DNA from: an archaeon
GTDB taxonomy: Archaea; Nanobdellota; Nanobdellia; Woesearchaeales; UBA9642
Direction: 5' to 3'
Length of the DNA: 64,000 nt
NCBI GenBank assembly: GCA_020057295.1
Contig: JAGVGF010000006.1
Span: forward strand, 96,001-160,000
A model generated the notes under the pieces. It ran no database searches. It worked only from the letters and a program-made list of their open reading frames with translations, and was not told the origin of the DNA. The position numbers were made by a program, and so were the translations under genes. Positions 29,429-39,352 of this stretch are shown piece after piece; position 1 is the stretch's first letter; each line of letters begins with the position of its first letter.

Positions 29429-29758
29429 TTATACTTTTTGATGTTTTTCCAAATAAAGTTTCACGTGCGAGTCAATCATAGGATTAGCACCCTTATCTAA
29501 TTCATAAATAATATTTTCTGATGTTCCACCCCATGAATATTTACCTGATTTTTTATCAATTTTATAGATTTTAAACTCTCCTGTGGATACGCCCTTCTTT
29601 AAATGATAATATATTAATCTCATCGTCACAGGAGGATATAACTCTATATATACTTTGTATAATTCATAACCATGTAATTTTTTATAGAAATATAATATCT
29701 CTACAATATTCTGTCTAACTTTTGATCCTAATGGTCTTCCTTGTTTTCTATCAGGCAT
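29429..29758 (-). CDS. Small winged-helix-like protein
   Basis: ATG 29758 (MPDRKQGRP..S.VRQNIVEIL...GYELYK.Y...T.RLIYYHLKKG); the longer start overlaps the next gene. Confidence 0.7.
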   Translation of the reverse strand: MPDRKQGRPLGSKVRQNIVEILYFYKKLHGYELYKVYIELYPPVTMRLIYYHLKKGVSTGEFKIYKIDKKSGKYSWGGTSENIIYELDKGANPMIDSHVKLYLEKHQKV

Positions 29759-29808
29759 AATATTTATTCGATGAATAACTTTAAAAAGTTGATGCCTATA
29801 TTGTTTGT

Positions 29809-30774
29809 ATGCATCTATTAATTTTATCTGGGGAAAACTTAGAATTAGCAAAGATTGAAGCAGAATCATTACTTGGTTTAGAAAGTACATCGCTTGTTAA
29901 TGAGCAATTATACTGTACAATACCAACAGAAAATATTAATAAAATTTCACGATTAGCATACACTAAAAAAGTTTATGAGATAGCATATATCACAAATATT
30001 AACAATTTGGAATCTTCACTCGAAGCATATCCTTGGATTAATAATTATAAAAAAAATTTTTGTATAAGGTTAGAATCAAATTCTCAACGTAATGAGAAAT
30101 ACTATGCTAAATTTGTTTGGAAAAGCTTAGAAAAACACGTAACTCCAAAGGTTAATTTAGAAAATTCTGATTTATTAATAGAAATATTTATTCATGAAGA
30201 TGCAGCGATAGTATGCAGATTTATTTATGAAAACTTTGAGGATTTTGAATCTCGTAAAGCACACTTTAGGCCAGTATTACATCCAACAGCGATGCATCCA
30301 AAGATGGCGCGAGGACTTGTTAACATATTAAATCCTAAACCTAAAGAATTTATTATTGATCCATTTTGTGGTGCATGCGGTATATTAACTGAAGCGGGTT
30401 TGATGAATTTAAAATTTAAAGGTTATGATATCGATAAAAAAATAATTTCCGATGCTAAAACAAATTTACAACACTACACAATTAATTCTAAAAATTATAA
30501 AATAATAAAAAAAGATTCCACAACAATAAAAAAATTAAAGAATATAGTCACGGATTTACCTTATGGACTTAGTTCTAAAAAATCTGAAGAATTAAACAAA
30601 TTGTATTCTAAATTTTTAAAAAATGTTTCTGGTAATGCTGTTATTGTGATGCCAGATTTTATTAATTATAAAAAATTATTGAAAGAAAATTTATCAAAGA
30701 GACTCAAAGTAGTTAAAATTATAGATTATTACGTGCATAAGAGCTTGACCAGAAAAATAATAATTATAAAATAA
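29809..30774 (+). CDS. tRNA (guanine-N2)-methyltransferase, Trm11/TrmG10-like (THUMP + MTase)
   Basis: LSGEN.ELA..E, HP.AMHPKMAR..VN, DPFCG..GIL.EA, TDLPYG, VHKSLTR. Confidence 0.85.
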   Translation: MHLLILSGENLELAKIEAESLLGLESTSLVNEQLYCTIPTENINKISRLAYTKKVYEIAYITNINNLESSLEAYPWINNYKKNFCIRLESNSQRNEKYYAKFVWKSLEKHVTPKVNLENSDLLIEIFIHEDAAIVCRFIYENFEDFESRKAHFRPVLHPTAMHPKMARGLVNILNPKPKEFIIDPFCGACGILTEAGLMNLKFKGYDIDKKIISDAKTNLQHYTINSKNYKIIKKDSTTIKKLKNIVTDLPYGLSSKKSEELNKLYSKFLKNVSGNAVIVMPDFINYKKLLKENLSKRLKVVKIIDYYVHKSLTRKIIIIK

Positions 30775-30775
30775 A

Positions 30776-31591
30776 TTATTTCTTGAAATGTTCCTTATGT
30801 GCTTCATCTTCGAATAATTTTAAAGCATCATCTACAGACATATTTTCGTGGACCATCATTCTTGCAGCTTTGCTTATAGCGTAAGGTTTATCGTGTTGCC
30901 ATACATTTCTTCCTATAGCAAGTCCTGTGACTCCTGTTTTTAAAACTTCGTCAATTTTCTTAAAGAAGGAATGTTCATCAGTTTTACTTCCACCTGCAAC
31001 AAGAACTTTTGATCTTCCAGCACATTTTACAACCCATTTGAATGCTTCAGGATCATTAGGATACTTTATCTTAATAAAATCTGCACCAAGTTCTTGACCA
31101 ATACGTGCAGCGTAAGCTAATTGATTTACATCAAGTTCGTTAGTTATTTTTGGACCATTGAGATACACCCACGCAATTACCGGTATTCCATAATCGTGAG
31201 ATTGCTCGATTACTTTTCCTAATGTTTCGAACTGTTCTGGTTCCGTAACACTGCCTACAGACATCTTGTAACCGATGGCACTTGCACCAATTTTGACAGC
31301 TCTATCAACAGAACAGAAAGGTTTTGAAATTAAAGATGCATCTGTTAGACTGGTTTTTCCATTAATTTTTACAACTAGAGGAACATCTCTATAATAACTG
31401 TGATAGAATTTCTCAGCAATTCCAGAATGAACTATTACTCCATTGTACATTCCTTCTAACGCAATATCGAAAATATATTTTGGATCAACATTTTGCAAAT
31501 TAAGATCCACAGGACCGTGCTCTAATCCTTGATCGTGTGCAAGAAGTAGTGATCGACCATTCTTCATTAGCTTACTAGTATTAACTCTCAT
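30776..31591 (-). CDS. Class I fructose-bisphosphate aldolase (archaeal DhnA type)
   Basis: A.DQGLEHGP, AYAAR...ELGADFIKIKY (Schiff-base Lys), AGG.K, GRNVWQ. Confidence 0.88.
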   Translation of the reverse strand: MRVNTSKLMKNGRSLLLAHDQGLEHGPVDLNLQNVDPKYIFDIALEGMYNGVIVHSGIAEKFYHSYYRDVPLVVKINGKTSLTDASLISKPFCSVDRAVKIGASAIGYKMSVGSVTEPEQFETLGKVIEQSHDYGIPVIAWVYLNGPKITNELDVNQLAYAARIGQELGADFIKIKYPNDPEAFKWVVKCAGRSKVLVAGGSKTDEHSFFKKIDEVLKTGVTGLAIGRNVWQHDKPYAISKAARMMVHENMSVDDALKLFEDEAHKEHFKK

Positions 31592-31654
31592 AACACACCT
31601 CTTTAGCTATAATTATGAACTATTATTTTAAATAGTTTCCTATTTGAGAAGGAT

Positions 31655-32320
31655 TTATTCGTATAATATTTGATTTATGTACTTGAAAAGAGATTTGTGA
31701 TCTTTAAATATTTTTTTAGCGCCTTTCAGATATTTTTCTCCAAGAGTTGTTTCAATTGCGAGTACATTAAGTTTTGATCTTATCGCACTTTCTATTCCTA
31801 GAGGAGCGTTTTCAATAACAATAATATTTTTCTGACTCACATCACTTTTAGTCAGTTTTAACATCTTCAAGGCTTTAAGATATGGTTCTGGAGAAGGTTT
31901 TCCATTTTTAATATCATCACCAGAAACAACAACTTCGAATAATCCACTGAAATATTTTTTTATGATGGTGTTAGAAAATTCCTTATTAGCGCCTGTAACT
32001 ACAGCCATTCTAACACCTTTAGACTTAAATAGTTTAAGATTTCTCAAAACATGCGGGAACATCTTTATTTTAAACGTTTTAGCTAATAATCTCTTCTTTT
32101 CTAAATATATTTCATGCTCTTGAGCTTCTGTGAATTTTATATTATGCCTTTTTGCAAACAACTCTATAGTCTGCTCATAACTCATTCCTTCACAAAGTGC
32201 CAATTCTTCGTTTGTTATAGAAACATTATGATCCTTAAACGCCTTTCCCCAAGAGCTAATATGATACTTCATACTGTCAATAAGAACGCCGTCCATATCA
32301 AAAATGATAATTTTTGTCAT
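31655..32320 (-). CDS. HAD-superfamily phosphatase (beta-phosphoglucomutase-like)
   Basis: FDMDGVLIDS, GKPSPEPY, IENAPLGI. Confidence 0.85.
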   Translation of the reverse strand: MTKIIIFDMDGVLIDSMKYHISSWGKAFKDHNVSITNEELALCEGMSYEQTIELFAKRHNIKFTEAQEHEIYLEKKRLLAKTFKIKMFPHVLRNLKLFKSKGVRMAVVTGANKEFSNTIIKKYFSGLFEVVVSGDDIKNGKPSPEPYLKALKMLKLTKSDVSQKNIIVIENAPLGIESAIRSKLNVLAIETTLGEKYLKGAKKIFKDHKSLFKYINQILYE

Positions 32321-32364
32321 AGAATCAAATCCTAATTAAAGTTATATTTATTAGTTAGATTTAT

Positions 32365-33366
32365 TTATAATTTCTTCTGTAATACTTGTCTATGATCGCG
32401 CTCTGCCATCACAAAAGCTCTTGTATCTAACAATTTGGTTTTAGCCCCTAATCCAGATATTAGTGATTCTGCATTTAGCATTCCGAGTTTTAACGAGGAA
32501 GATATATCTTTACCCATTATTATAGAAGCAACAAATCCTGAAGCAAATGCGTCTCCTGCTCCGGTAGTTTCTACAACTTTTACTTTGGCGGGTTTTGCGC
32601 TATAAACATACTCGTCATAACTATTATAACAATGCGCACCGTTATGTCCATCCGTTATCACTATAATTTTTGGACCGAGCTTCGATACTTCAAATAATAG
32701 GTTGAATATGTTATCAGTATTATCTGATACTAATGCCTGCGCTTCTTCTTTATTGAATATTAATATTTCTATATTTTTTATTATTCTTTTTATTTTGCTC
32801 TTGTTAGTATTTATTAAATATATGCTTGGATTGTATGCTACGCTGATATTTTTACGTTTGGCATATTGTATAATTTTTTCTTGGGTTATTAAACTTTCCT
32901 TTAGCATTGATGACGCATATATCCATTTAGAATCAATGTTTTTAAAATCTATATCGTTTCGTGACAGGTCATCATTGCATCCCTTATAAGTAAATATTGT
33001 TCTATCATCATGTACTGAATCTAATATTACTGAGTATCCTGAAATATCACCATATGCTCCTATAAAAGTTACATGTTCTTTAAATAAACATTCTAGAATT
33101 GTTTTACCATTATCATCTTTACCAATTTTTCCTAGATATGCTGTTTTTAGTCCTAATCTTGAGAATGCTACTGCAGTGTTTGTTCCGCCACCACCTATGA
33201 AAAATTTTAATTCTTTAATAAGTATTTTAGCACCTAACGGGTATGCTATATCTACATGTTTATGTATCCTTAATACTTCCGACTGTGTAGGATCTGTATG
33301 TACAAATACGTCAACAGTTGCAGAACCAATGGTTATAATATCATACTTGTTACCGAACGGAGCCAT
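32365..33366 (-). CDS. PfkB family carbohydrate kinase
   Basis: GGGGTN.A...SRLG, N.EEA, ETTGAGDAFASG. Confidence 0.9.
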   Translation of the reverse strand: MAPFGNKYDIITIGSATVDVFVHTDPTQSEVLRIHKHVDIAYPLGAKILIKELKFFIGGGGTNTAVAFSRLGLKTAYLGKIGKDDNGKTILECLFKEHVTFIGAYGDISGYSVILDSVHDDRTIFTYKGCNDDLSRNDIDFKNIDSKWIYASSMLKESLITQEKIIQYAKRKNISVAYNPSIYLINTNKSKIKRIIKNIEILIFNKEEAQALVSDNTDNIFNLLFEVSKLGPKIIVITDGHNGAHCYNSYDEYVYSAKPAKVKVVETTGAGDAFASGFVASIIMGKDISSSLKLGMLNAESLISGLGAKTKLLDTRAFVMAERDHRQVLQKKL

Positions 33367-33428
33367 ACACACCTCTTAATACTCAAATCATGAGTTAGAG
33401 TATTTATAAATTTTGTTTAGAACACTAT

Positions 33429-34436
33429 TTAGAATCTTATATTGTCTAGTATAGAATGTGCATTTGTACTGTTTAAGTGTTTAGAAAATTCATTCCATTC
33501 TTTCCCGAGTTTTGTGCTAAATTTTGTTTGTAACATTTTAGTTTCTTCATCACTAACTCTAACATATTGATCTATATCTATCAAGCCGTAAGGATATCCT
33601 AAAAATATAGGATCATTAGAATTTTTGTATAAAATAGAGAATATTTCTTGAATATCTCCTTCAAACTCTTTTTGTATTTCAAATCTAAAAACATAATCGG
33701 ATTTTTTGTTTAATTTTACGAAGTATAATTCTGCTAAATGTTTAGGATTGTTGTTTGTAACAATAGGGTAATAAGTCCAAGAATTTAATGAAGAAGTTTT
33801 ACCTAAATCTAATAATTTTTTTGTGATACTTAAACCGTTTTTTGTCACTAAAGTACATGTTTTGCTCAACGCACAAACTTTTTTGGTCAATAATAATTTA
33901 TCTAAATATTTATCCTCTAAAGGATATCTCGCTTCCATTGTTCCATCTAATAATATAAAATCTACATCCTTGCTGTGTATATATGCATATTCTAATTCTG
34001 CGAATCTGCGTATTATAGAAACAATTCTGCTAACACCACATTTTTCTATGCCGTTTTTTAATAATTCATCATCGGGATTAAATATCATATTATTAAATGA
34101 TTTGTCTGGATACGTTTTTACAATAAATTTTCCGTTGTCTTCACGTATAAAAATATAAAATTCTTCTTTATTGCGCGACAAACGTTTATTATTAGTATAA
34201 ATTATACTTCCTACTCGTATTATACCTATACAAAATTCTGCACTTTCAAACAAGACACTATTCCCTCCATCCACAAACATTATTTTGGAATCAGAATTAG
34301 AAGTTATGTTTCGGATTTCATGAAAATTTTCTTGACTAATTTTCAAAGGAGCATATTTAGAATTCATTAATAAATAATCATCGCCGACATCTTTTTTAGA
34401 AACTATATTTCTTAATTCTTTAACCAAATTATCCAT
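33429..34436 (-). CDS. nurA: NurA-family nuclease
   Basis: FVDGG, R..AE, LLDG, ALSK, GYPYGL..ID..VR. Confidence 0.78.
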   Translation of the reverse strand: MDNLVKELRNIVSKKDVGDDYLLMNSKYAPLKISQENFHEIRNITSNSDSKIMFVDGGNSVLFESAEFCIGIIRVGSIIYTNNKRLSRNKEEFYIFIREDNGKFIVKTYPDKSFNNMIFNPDDELLKNGIEKCGVSRIVSIIRRFAELEYAYIHSKDVDFILLDGTMEARYPLEDKYLDKLLLTKKVCALSKTCTLVTKNGLSITKKLLDLGKTSSLNSWTYYPIVTNNNPKHLAELYFVKLNKKSDYVFRFEIQKEFEGDIQEIFSILYKNSNDPIFLGYPYGLIDIDQYVRVSDEETKMLQTKFSTKLGKEWNEFSKHLNSTNAHSILDNIRF

Positions 34437-34509
34437 AATCTGAAGAATAAAGAATGATATAAAAATGTTATTAAAAAGAATTAGAATAAAAAAATAATTG
34501 ATAAAAAAA

Positions 34510-34539
34510 TTATATTTCCTTCTCTGGATGGAAAGGTTT
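34510..34539 (-). repeat. Displaced, diverged copy of the last 10 codons of CDS 34594..35214
   Basis: AAACCTTTCCATCCAGAGAAGGAAATATAA (KPFHPEKEI*) vs AAACCATTCCATCCAGAAAAAGGGATATAA (KPFHPEKGI*), 25/30 identical. Confidence 0.8.
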
Positions 34540-34591
34540 GCACCTTTTTACAAAAAGCTGCACCAAAAACATAAAGGTTGCCAAAGGCAAC
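34540..34591 (-). repeat. Two-hairpin cassette, copy 2
   Basis: GTTGCC-TTT-GGCAAC followed by TTTTGGT-GCAGCTTTT-TGTA-AAAAGGTGC; similar to 2029-2083. Confidence 0.6.
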
Positions 34592-34593
34592 TC

Positions 34594-35214
34594 TTATATC
34601 CCTTTTTCTGGATGGAATGGTTTTGGCATTTCGTATAATGTCTTTAATTTTAAGTATTGTTTAATAGTGTTTTGTAATCTATATACAGTCTTGTATAGGT
34701 TGACTTTGTGAGTTTCAATCTGTTCCTTATATATTCTATTTCTAAATAATTTATCTACTTTTTTTAGTATTGGATGTGTAACCCATTCGCCTTTGTAATC
34801 TAACTGTAACCATGCTTCTATATCTATTATGCAATCTCCACGATCTGTCTTCATCTTATAACCTTGATGCATTATCTCTATACTTTTCATGTTAATAGTT
34901 GTGAAATCTATCTTAATAAAATATCTATAATAATCACTATTTGTCGGATCTTTAACACAACGCCATCTAATTCTATGTTCCTTAGCTCCTGTTCCTAAAA
35001 TTCTTTCTAGATAGAATACTTCAGGATTTCCGGAAGTTCCACGCTCGCCATAAATATCTCTGAATCCTTCTTCATCAAGCCAATCATGTATTAATTTGTA
35101 AAGGTTTTTCATGTGGAATGTTTCTTCATTCTCAACCATTACCTTAGCCACTAGAATATCTTTACTACCCTTATCAGGAGTGTCCCTCTTTTCAAACTTA
35201 AACAATTTACCCAT
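34594..35214 (-). CDS. Hypothetical protein
   Basis: 206 aa ORF with globular composition, TATA upstream. Confidence 0.75.
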   Translation of the reverse strand: MGKLFKFEKRDTPDKGSKDILVAKVMVENEETFHMKNLYKLIHDWLDEEGFRDIYGERGTSGNPEVFYLERILGTGAKEHRIRWRCVKDPTNSDYYRYFIKIDFTTINMKSIEIMHQGYKMKTDRGDCIIDIEAWLQLDYKGEWVTHPILKKVDKLFRNRIYKEQIETHKVNLYKTVYRLQNTIKQYLKLKTLYEMPKPFHPEKGI

Positions 35215-35303
35215 ACATTCACAATATAAGGTTTATTATTTAAAAATTTTTGTATTGGAATGTTTAATAATATATTAAAAAAAATTAGAGAAAAATTAAT
35301 TAA

Positions 35304-35654
35304 TTAGAATACTCCTGCCGCTAACAATGCATATAGCATAAATCCTAATGCTAATACTATCGCAACGATTATAATTGTTAGCCATGCTGTTCGAGTTGCT
35401 GAACTAACAGTTTCTACCTTAGTAGTACTCGAGATACTGCTTACAGTAGTGGTTGTATTAGTTTGAGTATTTGTAGTTTCATCAGAAAGATTGTTTAACA
35501 ATGCATCTGTTGACTGAGCATTCGTTGTATCAACGCTTGTCTCTGGTACTTGTATCGGTGCTTTTAACGTTCCAGTCTTCTTCTTCGTTGTCTTAGGAGC
35601 TTTCCTTTTGACAGTTTTAGTTACACTCTTTTTTTTAGATTTTGATTTAGCCAT
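35304..35654 (-). CDS. Small tail-anchored membrane protein (Lys-rich N-terminus, Thr/Ser-rich linker)
   Basis: ATG 35654 with SD GGTG; single C-terminal TM. Confidence 0.7.
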   Translation of the reverse strand: MAKSKSKKKSVTKTVKRKAPKTTKKKTGTLKAPIQVPETSVDTTNAQSTDALLNNLSDETTNTQTNTTTTVSSISSTTKVETVSSATRTAWLTIIIVAIVLALGFMLYALLAAGVF

Positions 35655-35726
35655 ACACCATGAGTATAACAACCCATATTTAAAGTTTAGTCCCTACTAT
35701 AGAATAAAAAATACCGTTAAGGGTGT

Positions 35727-36953
35727 TTAATCAAGCCATTCTTTGTTTTTGATCTTTTCTGGAAGATATTTCTCAGAAATAAAACTAATACCTTTAGACG
35801 AAAGGGACTGGATTTCTACTTTGGCATCGAATTCTTTCATCATTTTGAATTGTCGTTGCCAATCTTTGTGTTTTGCGAACCACTCATAAGCCTGCATCTG
35901 CTTAATTCTTGATCTGTCCTGATCTGTTAATTTAATGAAATGTCTTTTTAAGTCGTATTTAACAATATCATCCATTGACACTCCTAAGAATCTTACATCT
36001 GGAATTGCCATCTCATCAGCCATGTGTGCAAGTGCAATACTTCCAAATTTAATTACACTATAAATATAAAATCCATATATATCTCCATCTGTAAGTACAA
36101 GTATGGGTAAATTGTGTTCTTTAGATAGTCTCTGTAATAACCTTCTTATTCCCCTGGTTGTCTGTCCTTGAGAAGACATGATTATACAATTCTGTTTTTC
36201 CCAGAATCTATCTTCATGTAAACGCTCCCAAACAGCTGCCTTTTCCATGTATATTACAAATTTTGCATCAACCTTCTTGAATTTAATATTTTCAACATTA
36301 CTTGGAATAGACCATCCTCCAGAACCAAGTTTAGACCAATCAATAGTATCACCCATATCTTCAATTACAACTTTTCCTGCAACTGAACCCATTTTGTTCG
36401 CATTTACATTTAAGTTTTCTCTTGAAAATCCCGTGATTAATTCCATATCCTCAATAACTTTATCAGTCTCTTTTTGATCATCAACAATATTTATTTTAGT
36501 ATTTGGAATAGTACGCTTTGCCATATAAAATACATCTCGCAGACTTGCGTGTTTTTGAACATCAAGAAGAGTTTTACATATTGCTGCAACTTCTATAGTT
36601 TGCAAAAATTTCTTTGAATGAGCTGCATTGAAGAAGAATCTTTGAGCAGTTTTATCTCCAAGTCCTAAAGTCTTAGATTCTTTATCATAAATAACATTAC
36701 TAAGTCCCCTGACAGCTAACTCTATTTTTGGATTTTCACCTTTCTTAATATCTGAAACTACTGACTTACCTAAATTTATTAATTCCTCTCGAGGAGTTCC
36801 AGTCTTTCCATTAGCTGCCTTACGCTCAGCATTCGATGCATTAACATTTCCAGTTTTATGAACATCTTTAGAAGTGTTTGATTGTGAGAATGTCATCTGT
36901 ACTTCTTTCTCTCCTTCAGCTTCTTTAACTGCTTTTTTTGTTTTTGGTGCCAT
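35727..36953 (-). CDS. top6A: DNA topoisomerase VI subunit A
   Basis: LRD.FY catalytic Tyr, EK.AV..RL, TOPRIM DGD.YG, K.E.Q. Confidence 0.93.
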   Translation of the reverse strand: MAPKTKKAVKEAEGEKEVQMTFSQSNTSKDVHKTGNVNASNAERKAANGKTGTPREELINLGKSVVSDIKKGENPKIELAVRGLSNVIYDKESKTLGLGDKTAQRFFFNAAHSKKFLQTIEVAAICKTLLDVQKHASLRDVFYMAKRTIPNTKINIVDDQKETDKVIEDMELITGFSRENLNVNANKMGSVAGKVVIEDMGDTIDWSKLGSGGWSIPSNVENIKFKKVDAKFVIYMEKAAVWERLHEDRFWEKQNCIIMSSQGQTTRGIRRLLQRLSKEHNLPILVLTDGDIYGFYIYSVIKFGSIALAHMADEMAIPDVRFLGVSMDDIVKYDLKRHFIKLTDQDRSRIKQMQAYEWFAKHKDWQRQFKMMKEFDAKVEIQSLSSKGISFISEKYLPEKIKNKEWLD

Positions 36954-36984
36954 TTTTTATTCTAATATATTTTTTAGTAATGTT

Positions 36985-38673
36985 TTACTCGTCTGATTCC
37001 TGAAGTTCATCATCCGTATCATCATCTGATGCAGACTTTCTTGATTTATCATCCTCTTCATCTGCATCTCCTTTTAATGATTCCATCTCGAATATTTGTT
37101 GTTTTATTTCTTCTTTATTTGTCATTGCTTTTAATTGTTCCAATAACAATACCTTATTTTCTCCTGTTAATCTTGATAATGCATCAGCTACTTCTGGCAT
37201 GTATCTCTCGAATAAATTAGCCCTTTCTAACTGATTTTGTACCCTATGCTTTTTAGCTACATATAATTGTAATTTTCGTCCGGCTTCTTGTAATCCTAAC
37301 TTTATCTCTTTAATTATTTCTGGATAATGAGCAAGGGCTTCTTTAGATTCTGATGTGAATGGAACCCATACTGAACACATGTGTATTAATATCGTTAATG
37401 GACCAGACGGTATTGAACCATTACTTTGCTGTATGCCATAAGATTTCCAATTTGTGCCAACCACAGACTTTGTAAATGCACAGGCACCTTGTTGATATAA
37501 TAATGGAACCCTGTTCGCAAATCTTAATATTGTTACTTGATCTTCCTTACTTTGTGTTCCACCATATGCTAATCCTACTTCTATCTGAAAAGGATTTCCC
37601 CTATAAACAAATATAGGTCTAGTTATAGTAACATAAAATTCTGCATTAATTTCTTTTTTCAGACTTTTTTCTAATAATTCCTCTCCTATCGGACTTAGAC
37701 AATCTGTTGTAGGAGCCATAATTTTTGTATCTTTGAATGCATGCATTAACTTTTCTGCATCTTGCATACTCATATCTTCAGGTTTTTTTCTAGGATCAAT
37801 CAACGCCTTTTCACATATCTCTTTAGCTGTGCCTGGACCAATTCTTGATAAATCGTTTAGTAAGAAACTATTTAATGTTCTAGCCTCAGTATTTTTTAAT
37901 AATTTCATTAATATTCCTAATTCTAAACCGTAAGGATGAGGCTTAATTTCTAGTGGTTCTTTAGGTAGTTTATCTGTTGCCCGAGCATAAATAAACTGTT
38001 CTGCTTTAGGATTAGTATAAATTATTGTTGCATGTGGATTGACTATTGCAGTCTCTTTAAGATATTGATCTACAGATTGATCCCCCTTAATGTAGCTTCC
38101 CTCTAAATCCATCTCGATTTTTGTACCATGATCTTTAGAATCCCAAGGTTTTATTTCATCAATCATTATTTCTGGACTATTATTTTGAGTATTTAAGTGT
38201 AATTCCATGTAATGTGCAGGTTTATTTTGTTCGGTCTTTGATATAATTTTTGTAGGTCTACCAGTTGTTAATTGAGAAAACATTACAGCTGCAGAAATTC
38301 CTATACCCTGCTGTCCTCTTGATTGTCTTAATCTATGAAATTTGCTTCCGTAAAGAAGTTTTGCGAATATTTTTGGTATTTGTTCTTTTACAATTCCTGG
38401 ACCATTATCTTCAACAATAATTCTATACCTATTTTCTGCCATTTCTATTATTTCTACACTTATCTCAGGCAGTATTTTTGCCTCTTCAGAAGCATCTAAT
38501 GCATTGTCTACTGCTTCCTTTATAGCTGTAAGTAATGCTTTTCGCGGATTATCAAACCCTAATAGATGTCTATTTTTTTCAAAGAATTCCGCTACAGATA
38601 TCTCTCTTTGTTTCTTAGCCAAATCTTCAGCAGTTATCTTTTTAGTCTTATCGGACTTATCCTTTTCAGCCAT
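36985..38673 (-). CDS. top6B: DNA topoisomerase VI subunit B
   Basis: [54 protein letters not shown]. Confidence 0.96.
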   Translation of the reverse strand: MAEKDKSDKTKKITAEDLAKKQREISVAEFFEKNRHLLGFDNPRKALLTAIKEAVDNALDASEEAKILPEISVEIIEMAENRYRIIVEDNGPGIVKEQIPKIFAKLLYGSKFHRLRQSRGQQGIGISAAVMFSQLTTGRPTKIISKTEQNKPAHYMELHLNTQNNSPEIMIDEIKPWDSKDHGTKIEMDLEGSYIKGDQSVDQYLKETAIVNPHATIIYTNPKAEQFIYARATDKLPKEPLEIKPHPYGLELGILMKLLKNTEARTLNSFLLNDLSRIGPGTAKEICEKALIDPRKKPEDMSMQDAEKLMHAFKDTKIMAPTTDCLSPIGEELLEKSLKKEINAEFYVTITRPIFVYRGNPFQIEVGLAYGGTQSKEDQVTILRFANRVPLLYQQGACAFTKSVVGTNWKSYGIQQSNGSIPSGPLTILIHMCSVWVPFTSESKEALAHYPEIIKEIKLGLQEAGRKLQLYVAKKHRVQNQLERANLFERYMPEVADALSRLTGENKVLLLEQLKAMTNKEEIKQQIFEMESLKGDADEEDDKSRKSASDDDTDDELQESDE

Positions 38674-38755
38674 TATTGAGAGAGTTCAGGAAGGGATTAA
38701 TAAATATTTCTATTGAGTAGCATATAAAGGAATAAAATAAACGTTTAACAGCGTC

Positions 38756-39250
38756 TTAGAATAGTGTTGAAAGAACCAACAATATTAGTATTAAAGTATA
38801 GCTTACGAAATTTATTAAGAAGGATAATTGTAAGGATTTAATCCAAGGATTTTTACATTTTTTTCTTAAAAATAGTCCTATTATCGGAAATTCTGTAAAT
38901 GCACTTAGTATAAATGCTGGATAAAGCATGATAATTGTAGCTCTAGGATCTTTAGAACCCCAAAGTATCAAAAAAGATAATATAAAACCAATTATTGTTG
39001 ACACAATGTTTGCACATGCAACCATTAACGCATCATAGCCAAATTTCAAATCTATCTTGTTATATTTCAGTACGAAATAAGTTACGATAGATTCTACTAA
39101 AACTATAGGTATTAATAAAATTATGCCAATCAGACCATAAATATTCATTAATGCAGGCATGTAAGTATCAGCAGCAACAAAAGGTAGAAATATTAAAGAT
39201 GCAATAATGTAAGGTAAAATGTTTTTCATGGTGTTCATTTTGAAATTCAC
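38756..39250 (-). CDS. Hypothetical integral membrane protein
   Basis: About 5 hydrophobic segments; start uncertain. Confidence 0.65.
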   Translation of the reverse strand: MNFKMNTMKNILPYIIASLIFLPFVAADTYMPALMNIYGLIGIILLIPIVLVESIVTYFVLKYNKIDLKFGYDALMVACANIVSTIIGFILSFLILWGSKDPRATIIMLYPAFILSAFTEFPIIGLFLRKKCKNPWIKSLQLSFLINFVSYTLILILLVLSTLF

Positions 39251-39352
39251 AATATTTAATGATAAACTAAGTTAATAAATGTTTTTATAACTTTAATTAA
39301 ACGAGATAAAAAAATAAAATAAAAAAATAGATATGAACAAATAGTTTGATGT

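Noticed and set aside
29759-29890. Longer start for the small wHTH gene
   Set aside because: Would overlap the divergent Trm11 gene head-to-head
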